In this document: piece by piece, positions 11,257 through 21,411 of the stretch
Layout: each line of letters opens with the position of its first letter
Numbering within the stretch: position 1 is the stretch's first letter
DNA from: Cyanobacteria bacterium P01_A01_bin.123
Lineage (GTDB): Bacteria; Cyanobacteriota; Cyanobacteriia; Phormidesmidales; Phormidesmidaceae
DNA: 64,000 nucleotides
Assembly: GCA_039815185.1 (NCBI GenBank)
Contig: JBCBZT010000014.1
Location: 1-64,000, forward strand
Direction of reading: 5' to 3'
Notes under the pieces: generated by a model
Databases searched by the model: none
Told to the model about the DNA's origin: nothing
The model's input: only the letters and a program-made list of their open reading frames with translations
Made by a program: the position numbers and the translations under genes

Positions 11257-12735
11257 ATGACCAGCACCCTTGTCTCCCCCACTCAGCAAAACTGGCAGCC
11301 TATTGTCAAAGACTTTGAAGCCGAACTGGGACGCGACAGCGTGATTCAGCGTCAGGAGGAGCTACTGGTCTATGAATGCGATGGCTTGACCAGCTATCGT
11401 CAACGGCCTGCAGTGGTGGTGTTACCGCGCAGCACGGCAGAAGTGGCGGCGGCGGTCAAAATCTGCGATCGCTATCAGGTGCCCTTCGTCACTCGGGGCG
11501 CTGGGACAGGATTGTCTGGCGGGGCGCTGCCCATTGAAAATTGTGTGCTGATCGTCACGGCTCGGATGAATGAGGTGCTCGATCTTGACCTGGAAAATCA
11601 GCGGGTGGTTGTGCAGCCGGGGGTGATTAATAACTGGGTGACCCAAGCCGTTAGCGGGGCTGGGTTTTATTATGCGCCAGATCCCTCCAGTCAGAGTGTC
11701 TGTTCCGTGGGGGGGAACGTGGCCGAGAATTCTGGTGGCGTTCACTGTTTAAAGTATGGCGTCACCACTAACCACGTGTTGGGGCTGAAACTGGTATTGC
11801 CCAATGGCGACATCGTAGATGTAGGTAGCCCCGTGCCGGAAATGCCGGGGTATGACCTAACGGGGTTATTTGTTGGCTCTGAAGGCACGCTGGGCATTGT
11901 CACCGAAATTACCCTGCGCATTCTCAAATCGCCAGAGTCGATTCAGGTATTGCTGGCCGACTTCACCAGCGTTGAGGCAGCAGGGGCGACGGTATCTGAC
12001 GTCATTAGCGCAGGCATGATCCCGGCTGGGATGGAAATGATGGATAACTTCAGCATCAATGCTGTCGAAGACGTGGTGATGACTGACTGCTATCCCCGTG
12101 ATGCTGAGGCCATTTTGCTGATTGAAATTGATGGTCTAGCAGGGGAAGTGGCCGCTAGTCGCGATCGCATTGAAACAATCTGCCGCCAAAACGGCGCACG
12201 TCACGTCACCAGCGCCACCGATCCAGACGATCGACTTAGACTGTGGAAAGGGCGCAAAGCTGCCTTTGCCGCCATGGGCAAATTGAGCCCCGACTACTAC
12301 GTGCAAGACGGGGTAATCCCTCGGACTCAATTGCCCTATGTGCTCAAAGAAATTGCCGCCCTTGGGGAACAACACGGCTATCGAGTAGCCAATGTGTTTC
12401 ATGCGGGAGATGGCAACCTGCACCCGCTGATTCTCTACAACAACAGTTTGCCAGGGCAGCTCGAAGCCGTGGAAGCCCTGGGGGGTGATATTCTCAAGCT
12501 ATGTGTGAAAGTAGGCGGCAGCATTTCTGGAGAACACGGCATCGGTGCAGACAAACGCTGCTACATGCCGGATATGTTTAGCGAAGCTGATCTAGAAACA
12601 ATGCAGTGGGTACGAACAGCGTTTAACCCCAAGGGATTGGCAAACCCCACCAAAATCTTCCCGACCCCGCGTACCTGTGGAGAAGGCGCACGCACATCGG
12701 TTGGTGAAAAGTTTACGACGATCGAACGATTTTGA
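11257..12735 (+). CDS. glcD: glycolate oxidase subunit GlcD (FAD-linked oxidase)
   Basis: RGAGTGLSGG, APDPSS, GSEGTLG, HAGDGNLHP, SGEHGIG. Confidence 0.92.
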   Translation: MTSTLVSPTQQNWQPIVKDFEAELGRDSVIQRQEELLVYECDGLTSYRQRPAVVVLPRSTAEVAAAVKICDRYQVPFVTRGAGTGLSGGALPIENCVLIVTARMNEVLDLDLENQRVVVQPGVINNWVTQAVSGAGFYYAPDPSSQSVCSVGGNVAENSGGVHCLKYGVTTNHVLGLKLVLPNGDIVDVGSPVPEMPGYDLTGLFVGSEGTLGIVTEITLRILKSPESIQVLLADFTSVEAAGATVSDVISAGMIPAGMEMMDNFSINAVEDVVMTDCYPRDAEAILLIEIDGLAGEVAASRDRIETICRQNGARHVTSATDPDDRLRLWKGRKAAFAAMGKLSPDYYVQDGVIPRTQLPYVLKEIAALGEQHGYRVANVFHAGDGNLHPLILYNNSLPGQLEAVEALGGDILKLCVKVGGSISGEHGIGADKRCYMPDMFSEADLETMQWVRTAFNPKGLANPTKIFPTPRTCGEGARTSVGEKFTTIERF

Positions 12736-12758
12736 ATCTTGCAGCTTTTAGGTAACTG

Positions 12759-14381
12759 ATGCCTAAATCGAGTCAGCGATCTGCTCAATTACGCGTGATT
12801 ACTTTGGGGATCGTGATTTGCTTGGTGGCAGGTAGTTTGCTGCGCGTTATCGGTTTGGAGACCAAGATCTTTTGGATCGATGAGGTTTTCACGGGGGTGC
12901 GCATTGCTGGGTTTACGACAATTGAAGTCAGCGCTGATTTAACGGCAAAATCACAACTTACGGCGGCATCGTTGGATCAGTTTCAATATCCCAATCCAGA
13001 GAAAACGGCCCTCAATACGCTGACAGGGCTGGCCACCGAAGAACCCCATTTGCCGCCCCTGTATTTTCTACTAACTCGCTGGTGGACGATGGGATTACCT
13101 AAGGCGATCTGGGCGATTCGGAGTTTTTCTGCCTTAGTCAGCGTGCTGTCTCTGGGGTTGATGTATTGGCTGGGGCGATCGCTATTCCAATCTGCTTTCA
13201 CAGGTGCGCTGGCTGCTAGCTTAATGGCGGTTTCTCCGTTTCATTGGATTTACGCCCAAGAGGCTAGACCCTACAGTCTTTGGGGTGCTTTGATTCTGTT
13301 GTCGAGTGCATGCTTGCTGCAGGCTTGGCGACGTCAACGATGGCAAGCTTGGGGGCTTTACACCCTCGTAACTGTGGCCATGCTCTACACTTTTCTCTAT
13401 TCGATTTGGGTAGTGTTGGCTCAAGGGTTGGCAATCGTTTGGCTATCGATGGGTGAAGCGCAAACGGGTCAGCGATTAAAGGCATTTTTTGTTGCGGTGG
13501 CGATCGCAGTTTTTGGCTTTTTACCCTGGTTGATCACGCTGGGTCAACACTGGCAAACTGGGTTGCAGTTTGCTCAATGGCAAAGAACTGCACCCACAGG
13601 CGGCTTTGGGGGATTGATGCTGACATGGGGGTTACACCTGTGTCGCCTATTTGTCGATTTTGAAGCCACTTATCCTTTTAGCTGGGGGCAATTATTTCCT
13701 TACGGTCTGCTGGTTTTGGCCAGTGTGTTGCTAACAGGCTATGGCATCTACCAGGTTTGTCAAACAGCACCGTCCTCAATCACTCGATTTTTGTTGCCGC
13801 TGATTGTTGTGCCGATGCTGGCATTGATTTTGCCGGATATGCTGCTGGGCACGCAGCAATCTAGTGCGACGCGATATTTTATGCCGACGTTGTTGGGGAT
13901 TGAGTTGGCTGTGGCGTATGCGCTGGCGACCCAGTTACAGCGGGAGTTTCATGCCAAAAGGGGAGCCCGTTTAGGCCGCTTGTTGATCGGTGGGCTTTGG
14001 ATTTTGGGATTAGTGGCTTGTTTAACAGGCAGCTTGGGGCGAACAACTTGGGGTAAAAGTGGAGGCTATATTCCTTATGTTGCGGCGGCGATCAATCGTA
14101 CTGAAGCGCCGATTGTGATCAGTGATGTGGATCTGTGGATTGTTTCGTTGGCCCATGAGTTAGAGAATGACACTACGATCGCGGTATTTAACAGTGTCCA
14201 AGCACCACCACCCTTGCCGACTGACTACACCCACTATTTTCTCTATGGTGTGCCGGAAACTACTGCCCAAACCTTGACTCAAGCTGGCTACCGCCTCACT
14301 CACTTTGAAGGCTTGGATCAAGTCCCGATTTGGTGCCTGTATCCTGACGGATATTCCATTACTCCTTGTCCTCCTCAATAA
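12759..14381 (+). CDS. glycosyltransferase family 39 (PMT-like) membrane protein
   Basis: FWIDE, HLPPLYFLL, YAQEARPY motifs, many TM helices. Confidence 0.82.
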   Translation: MPKSSQRSAQLRVITLGIVICLVAGSLLRVIGLETKIFWIDEVFTGVRIAGFTTIEVSADLTAKSQLTAASLDQFQYPNPEKTALNTLTGLATEEPHLPPLYFLLTRWWTMGLPKAIWAIRSFSALVSVLSLGLMYWLGRSLFQSAFTGALAASLMAVSPFHWIYAQEARPYSLWGALILLSSACLLQAWRRQRWQAWGLYTLVTVAMLYTFLYSIWVVLAQGLAIVWLSMGEAQTGQRLKAFFVAVAIAVFGFLPWLITLGQHWQTGLQFAQWQRTAPTGGFGGLMLTWGLHLCRLFVDFEATYPFSWGQLFPYGLLVLASVLLTGYGIYQVCQTAPSSITRFLLPLIVVPMLALILPDMLLGTQQSSATRYFMPTLLGIELAVAYALATQLQREFHAKRGARLGRLLIGGLWILGLVACLTGSLGRTTWGKSGGYIPYVAAAINRTEAPIVISDVDLWIVSLAHELENDTTIAVFNSVQAPPPLPTDYTHYFLYGVPETTAQTLTQAGYRLTHFEGLDQVPIWCLYPDGYSITPCPPQ

Positions 14382-14390
14382 ACTGAGACT

Positions 14391-15701
14391 ATGCCGACGA
14401 CTCTGGCTTTGATCGCCCACGATGGCAAGAAAGAAGACATGGTGGCCCTAGCCCGGCGCTACAAAGACGTGCTGGCCCGCTATGACCTAATTGCCACGGG
14501 TACCACCGGGCAGCGGATTCACCAGGCCACTGAACTACCTGTGCAGCAAATGCTTTCAGGGCCACTAGGAGGAGATGCTCAGATTGCGGCGCGGGTGGCA
14601 GATAAAACGGTGCTGGCGGTGATTTTTTTGATCGATCCGCTCTACGCCCAACCCCACGAACCTGATATTCAGGCACTCTTGCGAATTTGTGAAGTTCATA
14701 ATGTGCCCTTTGCTACCAACATTGCTACCGCGGAAATTGTGCTCAATCAGTTTGCCCGGCAGCGAATTGCTCACCTGATTTTCAATCCCGTTTCAGGCCA
14801 AGGTAATGCCCAGCAAGAGGTACTGCAAATTCGTCAACTACTAGACCCCAGGATGCATTTAGCCATCCACTTCACTACCCCTGAGACAGATGCCAAGACG
14901 CTGGCTGAGAATGCGATCGCGGCTGGTGCTGATTTATTGATTGCGTCTGGTGGTGACGGTACGGTCTCGGCGGTTGCGGGTGCCGTTATGGAAACCGATA
15001 TTCCCCTCGGGGTGATTCCCCGAGGCACAGCCAATGCGTTTTCGGTGGCTTTGGGGATTCCCACTAATTTAAAGGCGGCCTGCGAAGTCATTTTGGCTGG
15101 GATTCCCGTCAAGGTTGACGTAGCGCGCTGTAATGGGCGTCCGATGATTTTGTTGGCGGGCATCGGTTATGAAGCCGACACCATCGAAAAAGCCGATCGA
15201 GAATTAAAAAATCGGTTTGGTGCTTTAGCCTATATTCTCTCGGGGATTCAGCAGCTTAATGAGCAGGAGCTATTTCAAACAGCGCTAGAAATTGACGGCG
15301 AAAACCGAGATTTTGCTGCAGGAGCCGTCACCATTGCCAATGTAGCCCCACCGACTTCGGTCTTAGCTCAAGGGTTTGGCCGTGTGATTGCCAATGATGG
15401 ATTGTTAGATGTGACGATCACCACCGCTGAAACATCATTACAAACGGTCAACACACTGCTGAGCTTGTTTGGCTCGGCCTTGATTAAAACGGTACCCGAA
15501 CGAGAAGATATGGTAGCCCTGCGAACTTCTCGCCTACACGTCAGCACCACTCCACCGCAAAAGGTAGTGCTCGATGGCGAAATTGTGGGGACCACCCCGG
15601 TTGAAATTGAATGCGTACCCGATGGCTTAACAGTGCTGCTGCCCAAAGTCCCAGAAGAACAGATTGCCCCAGCATCTGATACCGATGAGTCGCACGGATA
15701 G
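14391..15701 (+). CDS. mgsA: methylglyoxal synthase fused to a DAG-kinase (YegS-like) domain
   Basis: LALIAHDGKK, ATGTTG, SGPLGGDAQI, PHEPDI, then IFNPVSG, SGGDGT, PRGTANAF. Confidence 0.9.
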   Translation: MPTTLALIAHDGKKEDMVALARRYKDVLARYDLIATGTTGQRIHQATELPVQQMLSGPLGGDAQIAARVADKTVLAVIFLIDPLYAQPHEPDIQALLRICEVHNVPFATNIATAEIVLNQFARQRIAHLIFNPVSGQGNAQQEVLQIRQLLDPRMHLAIHFTTPETDAKTLAENAIAAGADLLIASGGDGTVSAVAGAVMETDIPLGVIPRGTANAFSVALGIPTNLKAACEVILAGIPVKVDVARCNGRPMILLAGIGYEADTIEKADRELKNRFGALAYILSGIQQLNEQELFQTALEIDGENRDFAAGAVTIANVAPPTSVLAQGFGRVIANDGLLDVTITTAETSLQTVNTLLSLFGSALIKTVPEREDMVALRTSRLHVSTTPPQKVVLDGEIVGTTPVEIECVPDGLTVLLPKVPEEQIAPASDTDESHG

Positions 15702-15774
15702 GACTCTAAAAGACAACTGCAGGGTGCTCTCACACACAGTTCCGATTGGATGCCAACTAGTATGCAACCAATAT

Positions 15775-15799
15775 AAAAGCCCTGGCATTAGCCAGGGCT
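15775..15799 (-). terminator. rho-independent terminator
   Basis: AGCCCTGGC-atta-GCCAGGGCT hairpin with an A-run on the left. Confidence 0.65.
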
Positions 15800-15881
15800 G
15801 GTTCACTCGACTCGTCAATTCACTCAACTCAGGTCTCTAGCACTATGCTCTTGACTAGCCTAGGGAAAGAACCTCAAACCA

Positions 15882-16109
15882 TTACTGGGCAATCGCGTTG
15901 CTGTTAAACGCATCACCGCTGTAGGCAGGTACGCGATCGCGATAGTCAGTCTCAGTGCCAGTTACGATTGTCGCAATCTGCTCAAATGAATCGGAGTTCC
16001 AGTTGCGTTCATGGATGGGCTTAGATTGCTCACCTCGAAAATAAACCTGGGTGCCAATTACGGCAGCAGCGACCCAACCAATCACAAGTAGTGTAATCAA
16101 AACAGCCAT
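15882..16109 (-). CDS. psb35: small single-TM protein, probable photosystem II assembly factor Psb35
   Basis: N-terminal TM helix then YFRGEQSKPIHERNWNS; family assignment from memory. Confidence 0.6.
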   Translation of the reverse strand: MAVLITLLVIGWVAAAVIGTQVYFRGEQSKPIHERNWNSDSFEQIATIVTGTETDYRDRVPAYSGDAFNSNAIAQ

Positions 16110-16334
16110 TATTTTTCTCCTAGTTTACGGGGAGTCTACAGAATCGTTGATTACTAGCTACACAAACCATGCATGGCTTGAATGATCCAATCGAGGATGG
16201 CTTTGTATCAACTTGTAAACAAATATAGCTATTTTGTTACAAAGCGTCAAGTCTGCTTGACAAAATCTTGTCTAGTCACTATTGACTTACGCTGTGCCTC
16301 GTTTTCTGTCTCGGCCCATTTGAGAAATTAGCGC

Positions 16335-16401
16335 AAAAAACAGCCCCCCCGACACACCTTGGGGAGGCTGTATAGTGCGCTGTATGAGGAACTTTGCATT
16401 C
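16335..16401 (-). ncRNA. candidate sRNA (~65 nt)
   Basis: GCAAAGTTCCTCATACAG motif, then a CAGCCTCCCC...GGGGGGGCTG-TTTTTT terminator; no ORF; 5' end approximate. Confidence 0.55.
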
Positions 16402-16540
16402 ACTTCAAAGTATGGTCGCTGTGCTTGTCAATGACGTGAAGGCGATATGACACGTCCATGACAATTTTTCTACACCTAGTGTCACCTAACCTTCATCGTG
16501 ATGTCACACCCCTGCCATCTGGTGCTGGCAACCTATAAAT

Positions 16541-16599
16541 AGAGCATCTAGCAATGTTCCTCACACACAGATAGCAGCCCGTTAGCGGGCTGCTTTTTT
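16541..16599 (+). ncRNA. candidate sRNA (~58 nt)
   Basis: TATAAAT upstream, GCAATGTTCCTCACACACAG motif, then an AGCAGCCCG-ttag-CGGGCTGCT-TTTTT terminator; 5' end approximate. Confidence 0.55.
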
Positions 16600-16645
16600 A
16601 ATGGGACGACAGGCGACAATCCCTCTGTGTCTAGGTTGTAGACAG

Positions 16646-17242
16646 CTACTCAAAGGCTCTAAAGGCGATCGCGATTCGTCTACCTTGGTGTTTCTTGAAT
16701 GCTGGGACTTCGTGGATCCAGGCCAAATTTGTCCGATAGGGCATGATGAAAACGACGCCGTGATCTGTCGGAAAGTCCTGGTAGCCCTTACGTTGCCAGG
16801 GTCGCAACCGAAAGACTCTAGATTGTCCTAGAGAAATCGTGACAATAGGTGCACCCGCAACCATATTCTGGGTGCTATCGCGATGCTTGCCGATGTAATG
16901 ACCAAGCCGCCCGTCATACCAGGTCACAAGGATGCCGTTGAGGCGGGCATCGATGGTGGCTTTTGCCCATTCCCAGATTGGATTAGCCGGTTCAGGTACG
17001 GGCAAAGCTGAGGTTGTGACGCCAGCGTAACAATAGGGTTTGTTGTAGGACTGCTCCCAGCGTGGGGTTTTGATCGTGCGACCGTGGATTTTAATTTGGT
17101 TGTAGTTTTCAGGGTGCAGCGCCCAGAATTCTTCGAACTGCTGCTCGTTAGCTAAGAACTTATCGGGTAATCTGCCTTGCCATAGGCAATGCTGAGCGTC
17201 TAAGGTATGACGCTGAAATCCAGCGTAAATGGGGTTACTCAA
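16646..17242 (-). CDS. AlkB-like 2OG-Fe(II) dioxygenase
   Basis: IGKHRD (HxD), ISLGQSRVF, WIHEVP, RIAIAFR. Confidence 0.85.
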   Translation of the reverse strand: MSNPIYAGFQRHTLDAQHCLWQGRLPDKFLANEQQFEEFWALHPENYNQIKIHGRTIKTPRWEQSYNKPYCYAGVTTSALPVPEPANPIWEWAKATIDARLNGILVTWYDGRLGHYIGKHRDSTQNMVAGAPIVTISLGQSRVFRLRPWQRKGYQDFPTDHGVVFIMPYRTNLAWIHEVPAFKKHQGRRIAIAFRAFE

Positions 17243-17370
17243 ACCTAGAGTTGCCCTCCTGATTAGGCGATTGCAGTTGCTTTAACAATATGTGCTGGTG
17301 CATTAAATGCGACCGAACCATCAGCAAGAACAAATTTCGATCTCATTGTTATGACACACAGATTAATTGT

Positions 17371-17841
17371 TCAGGAGACAAACAGAGGCCCTTGTTCAAT
17401 CACTTTCCACCGGATGCTATCCCATTGATAAGTAAGTGTCTGAAAACTGGCGGCTAATGGTGATTCATAGTCAACATATTGAATTTGGATACGGTTATTA
17501 TCCAGAAATTGAAGCCGGTATTGAAAGAAAAAGCCATTTGAATAATTCTTACCTTTTCCGTTATCCACAATGTGGCCCGCAGGAATGTCTGCTTTCCTCT
17601 CGTAGACCGTATACTTTTTCTTGAGATAGCCGAGCACAGTGGTTCTCAACCTGTTCTCTGTTTCATTTGCCGATAATGGAAACAAAACCCAAGAGAACTG
17701 AGTTCCTTCGACCCAGTGCAGATGCTCAGGGGTGTGATTAACGATCTCGCCTGCAAGCAACTCAATCTGCATGGTTGATAATTCTGGATTACTGCTGCCG
17801 TACATCACCACAACGCTAAAGAACATACATCCTACCGCCAT
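17371..17841 (-). CDS. hypothetical protein
   Basis: 156-aa ORF, AT-richer than flanks, no recognised motif. Confidence 0.5.
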   Translation of the reverse strand: MAVGCMFFSVVVMYGSSNPELSTMQIELLAGEIVNHTPEHLHWVEGTQFSWVLFPLSANETENRLRTTVLGYLKKKYTVYERKADIPAGHIVDNGKGKNYSNGFFFQYRLQFLDNNRIQIQYVDYESPLAASFQTLTYQWDSIRWKVIEQGPLFVS

Positions 17842-18070
17842 GGTAACCGAACCTTTGAGGTAAGCTAACGTACCAAACGATTTACCATAATTACCGTATC
17901 TTTCACCATTAAGGCTTTGATGACCTTGCTGCTTTGGGCAAACCTCTTATCCTGTGTGGCTTGAAAAAGTAATTGAGGTTCGTGTGCATTACTCATCAAA
18001 GTAATGGATTGTACGGATCTGGTGAGGAAAGTTATAGATGTAACATGGCCGATCCAGAACTTATGCTGGA

Positions 18071-19381
18071 TTAAACAGATGGCGATCGCCCCATTTGAAC
18101 CCTTGCCAAATCAGGGCGTCGACCAAAGAATCCTGCCATCAGATGTAATGCTAAGCGTCGCAACGGCACTAGGGTTTGCAGCACGACAATACCTAGACGT
18201 CGAACCGCTACTAACGGTAACCACTGATTAGAAAAGCTGCGATTGAGGAAATCTGTCAATCCCAACACTGCCCAGTTTTCGCGCCGACGCCAGCGATCGT
18301 AACGCTTCAGCACGGTCGTACTGCCTAGATCGGTCCCCTGTCTATTTGCGGTTTGCAAGACCTGCGCTAGGGCTGCCGCATCGCGGATACCCATATTTAA
18401 ACCCTGTCCACCCACCGGATGGCAGCAGTGAGCCGCATCGCCAATCAGTGCCAATCGCGATCGTGTGTAAGCGCGACTCTGCATCAACTGTACCGGAAAC
18501 AGCAGCGGTTCACTCACCAACTCAAGCCGCCCCATTTGACTGCCATAGCGCCGTTCTAATGCCGTCATGAATTGGGACTTTGGTAACTGCATTAATGCCT
18601 GGGCCTCAGCATGGGGGGCCGTCCAAACAATCTGACAGTGGCCGTTGGGCAGTGGCAAAATCGCAAAGGGGCCGCTGGGCCAAAACCGCTCGTAAGCCTT
18701 ATTTTCGTGAGGCTTTTCGGGTGCTAATACAGCGGTAATGCACGACTGCCAATATCGCCAACCTAAGGTCGGAATGTTAGCCTCCTGCCTCAAGGGCGAT
18801 CTGGCCCCATCTGCGGCTACGACGAGCTGAGTTCGCAGCGATCGCGGTTGGCCGTCCCGCTCAACAGTAAGCTCAACCCAATCAGGCTGATAGTCAACCT
18901 GGGTGACGCGGGTTGTACTCAGATAGTCAACTGTGCCACTTTGCTGGAGTCGTCTCTGGAGTGCGCCCATCAATACTGAGTGTTCCGCCGCGTAATAAAC
19001 CGCGTCTCTCCCCAAATCTTGAGGGCAAAACTCCACTACCCGGCCAAAGTCAGCATCGGAAAGCTGTACTCGTTTGAAATGGGTAACCGCTGGGCCAATC
19101 TCAGACCATAGATCCAAGCCCTTGAAAATATCAGCAGACAGGGGTGACATGGCATAGGCCCGCCGCCGAGCCGCCGCTGCTTCCAGGGTTTGAGCTTCGA
19201 TCACAGCGACGCTCAAGCCAGAATGCTGTAACCCACAGGCTAAGGTCAAGCCCACAATGCCGCCCCCGACAATGGTTAAATCGTAGTCGAGGCAGGCGGC
19301 AGAAATGAAATCAGGTCTTGTTTCAGGCGAATGCTCCCTGGAGCGGAGAGAACCCAGCGGTGATGTCAAATTAAAGGTCAT
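18071..19381 (-). CDS. FAD-dependent hydroxylase, UbiH/COQ6 family
   Basis: IVGGGIVG, AADGARS, LIGDAAHCCHPVGGQGLNMGIRD. Confidence 0.9.
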   Translation of the reverse strand: MTFNLTSPLGSLRSREHSPETRPDFISAACLDYDLTIVGGGIVGLTLACGLQHSGLSVAVIEAQTLEAAAARRRAYAMSPLSADIFKGLDLWSEIGPAVTHFKRVQLSDADFGRVVEFCPQDLGRDAVYYAAEHSVLMGALQRRLQQSGTVDYLSTTRVTQVDYQPDWVELTVERDGQPRSLRTQLVVAADGARSPLRQEANIPTLGWRYWQSCITAVLAPEKPHENKAYERFWPSGPFAILPLPNGHCQIVWTAPHAEAQALMQLPKSQFMTALERRYGSQMGRLELVSEPLLFPVQLMQSRAYTRSRLALIGDAAHCCHPVGGQGLNMGIRDAAALAQVLQTANRQGTDLGSTTVLKRYDRWRRRENWAVLGLTDFLNRSFSNQWLPLVAVRRLGIVVLQTLVPLRRLALHLMAGFFGRRPDLARVQMGRSPSV

Positions 19382-19547
19382 TTTGTGAGATTAATATCCC
19401 CAGGGCCATGAAAGAATAGCCAGACTGACCCAGGCTGTTTGTTTATAAAGCGCATTTAAGCGGACGAGAGGTTGATGCTTGAACCATTCACGCATATCTT
19501 ATTGTGACGCGATCGCCCCTGGCTTTGCAACGTCAGCATTACGTCCG

Positions 19548-20528
19548 TTAGGGGGACAACGTGATGGTTTGCCCTGTTTCGGCAGAACGGCGGGCAGCAT
19601 CGGCTACTTCCAGAGCATACAAACTCTCTTCGGGTTTGATGTAGAGCGGGGTATTGTTTTCGAGGTGATCGAGCACCATTGTTGTATCGCGAACAAAAAG
19701 GCCGTGGCGGGGGGCAACTGCAATGGGGTGCTCGCCTTCGGCATTGATTAACACACCTTGGTCTTTATCAAACAGCAACGTCCCCTGGGAGCCTTGAATT
19801 TCTAAGGTGCGAGTAGATTTCCACAGGCGATCGCCCTTCCCGTAGACCACATCAGCTATCGGCCCAGAGGCAAAGGTCACTTGGGCACTACACAAACACG
19901 TATCAATGACGTCCTGATCTGTCCTATAAACCTGGTTTTGGCAAGCCACTGTCGCCACCCGACCAAACAAGTTTGTCAATCGATGCACCCGCGACAACGC
20001 ACCCATTAAGGGAAAGCCAAACAGCCCTGGGTCGTAGGTCCACTTGCTAGGTGCTGGATGCTGGGGACTGATTGTGGCATAGCGCACATAAACGGGTTGC
20101 CCCACTGCATTGATGTGGGCTTGTACTGTCTGGTGTAGGCTCCCCAAGAGTTCAATGTGCTCAATGTGCAGCAGCTTGTCCGTTTGCCGCGCCAAAGTGA
20201 CCAACGATTCAGCCAACTCAAAATCCAGCGCTAGGGGATATTCCACCACGACGTGCTTACCCGCTTGTAAGGCACCCTGTACGGCTTTGCCATGGTCGCG
20301 ATTTGCCGATGCGATCGCGACTAGGTCAATATCAGACCGCTCAATCAAACTCTGCCAACTGGCTTCTGCTGTCGCACCGTAGCTTGCAGCCAATCCCTCT
20401 GCTGAGGCTAGACGGTGCCCAGCGGTGGCAACAACCTGCGATCTGGAATCGGCATGAAAAGCAGCTGCTCTAGCCTTGGCCACATAACCCGTGCCAATTA
20501 ACCCTACCCGAAGCGTTTCTTGACTCAC
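19548..20528 (-). CDS. bvdR: Gfo/Idh/MocA oxidoreductase, probable biliverdin reductase
   Basis: VGLIGTGY, GKHVVVEYPLA, LHIEHIELL, GFPLMGALSR. Confidence 0.7.
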   Translation of the reverse strand: MSQETLRVGLIGTGYVAKARAAAFHADSRSQVVATAGHRLASAEGLAASYGATAEASWQSLIERSDIDLVAIASANRDHGKAVQGALQAGKHVVVEYPLALDFELAESLVTLARQTDKLLHIEHIELLGSLHQTVQAHINAVGQPVYVRYATISPQHPAPSKWTYDPGLFGFPLMGALSRVHRLTNLFGRVATVACQNQVYRTDQDVIDTCLCSAQVTFASGPIADVVYGKGDRLWKSTRTLEIQGSQGTLLFDKDQGVLINAEGEHPIAVAPRHGLFVRDTTMVLDHLENNTPLYIKPEESLYALEVADAARRSAETGQTITLSP

Positions 20529-21026
20529 TGAAATATCCCAATCAATTTACAGTACTTGCTCAAACTACTGTAAATACATGAAGTAAAAATACTAATCTCA
20601 ATCCATTCTCATTTTAGACCCTTCAAAAGCCCATTTTAGGGTGGGGCTTTTTTAATCAAATTCATAAACCAGGCAGAGCATAAGCAAAGCTTATGTTAAA
20701 TTTAATTATTGATAATATAAATCTGGGTTGACTTTCATCAGATAGTCTTGAGACATCTAAATTAAAACCCTCAAACCCTAATGAAGCAGGCATTTTCATA
20801 AAATACAGGGTTGATCGACCTATAAGTAAATCAAGCAAGACTCAATCTGTTTGATTACGAATCCCGTTCACCAAGACCTGCGATAGATGACACAGATATC
20901 GGGTTTTCCCGTAGTATCGAAAATGGAGTTTGCCATTAAAAATGCTTCGCTAGTTTAGAGTTTTCTAACAGCGTGTTTCTGTCAATGGCCAACTGATATG
21001 TTTCGACTAAACGAGAGGATATTAGC

Positions 21027-21326
21027 ATGGCATCTTATAAAGTCACCTTGGTAAATGAGGCAGAAGGTCTCAACACAACGATTGAAGTCCCCGATGATGA
21101 GTACATTCTTGATGCGGCTGAAGAGCAAGGTATTGATCTGCCTTACTCCTGCCGAGCAGGGGCTTGCTCTACCTGTGCTGGCAAGATTACTGCGGGTGGC
21201 GTTGATCAATCTGATCAATCCTTCTTGGATGATGACCAAATCGAAGCGGGCTACGTATTGACCTGCGTTGCCTACCCCACTTCCGACTGCACTATCCAAA
21301 CTCACCAAGAGGAAGCGCTCTACTAG
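21027..21326 (+). CDS. petF: plant-type [2Fe-2S] ferredoxin
   Basis: [16 protein letters not shown]...[10 protein letters not shown]...VLTCVAYP. Confidence 0.97.
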   Translation: MASYKVTLVNEAEGLNTTIEVPDDEYILDAAEEQGIDLPYSCRAGACSTCAGKITAGGVDQSDQSFLDDDQIEAGYVLTCVAYPTSDCTIQTHQEEALY

Positions 21327-21353
21327 AGCCCTGATTGCATTTTGAATTAGTAT

Positions 21354-21387
21354 GGAGGCGTTTCTGTGGAAGTGCCTCTATTTTTTA
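21354..21387 (+). terminator. rho-independent terminator of petF
   Basis: GGAGGCGTTTC-tgtg-GAAGTGCCTCT followed by a T-run. Confidence 0.7.
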
Positions 21388-21411
21388 TGGATTTTGGTGG
21401 GGTGCAACCTC

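Noticed and set aside
14391..15701. MgsA-DAGK fusion as a novelty
   Set aside because: This fusion is already known in cyanobacteria.
16200..16245. NtcA box upstream of the psb35-like gene
   Set aside because: Only near-matches; no exact GTA-N8-TAC found by eye.
18935..18945. GCCACTTTGCT matching the 58-bp element arm
   Set aside because: A single 11-mer inside a CDS with no partner arm at 58 bp; likely chance.
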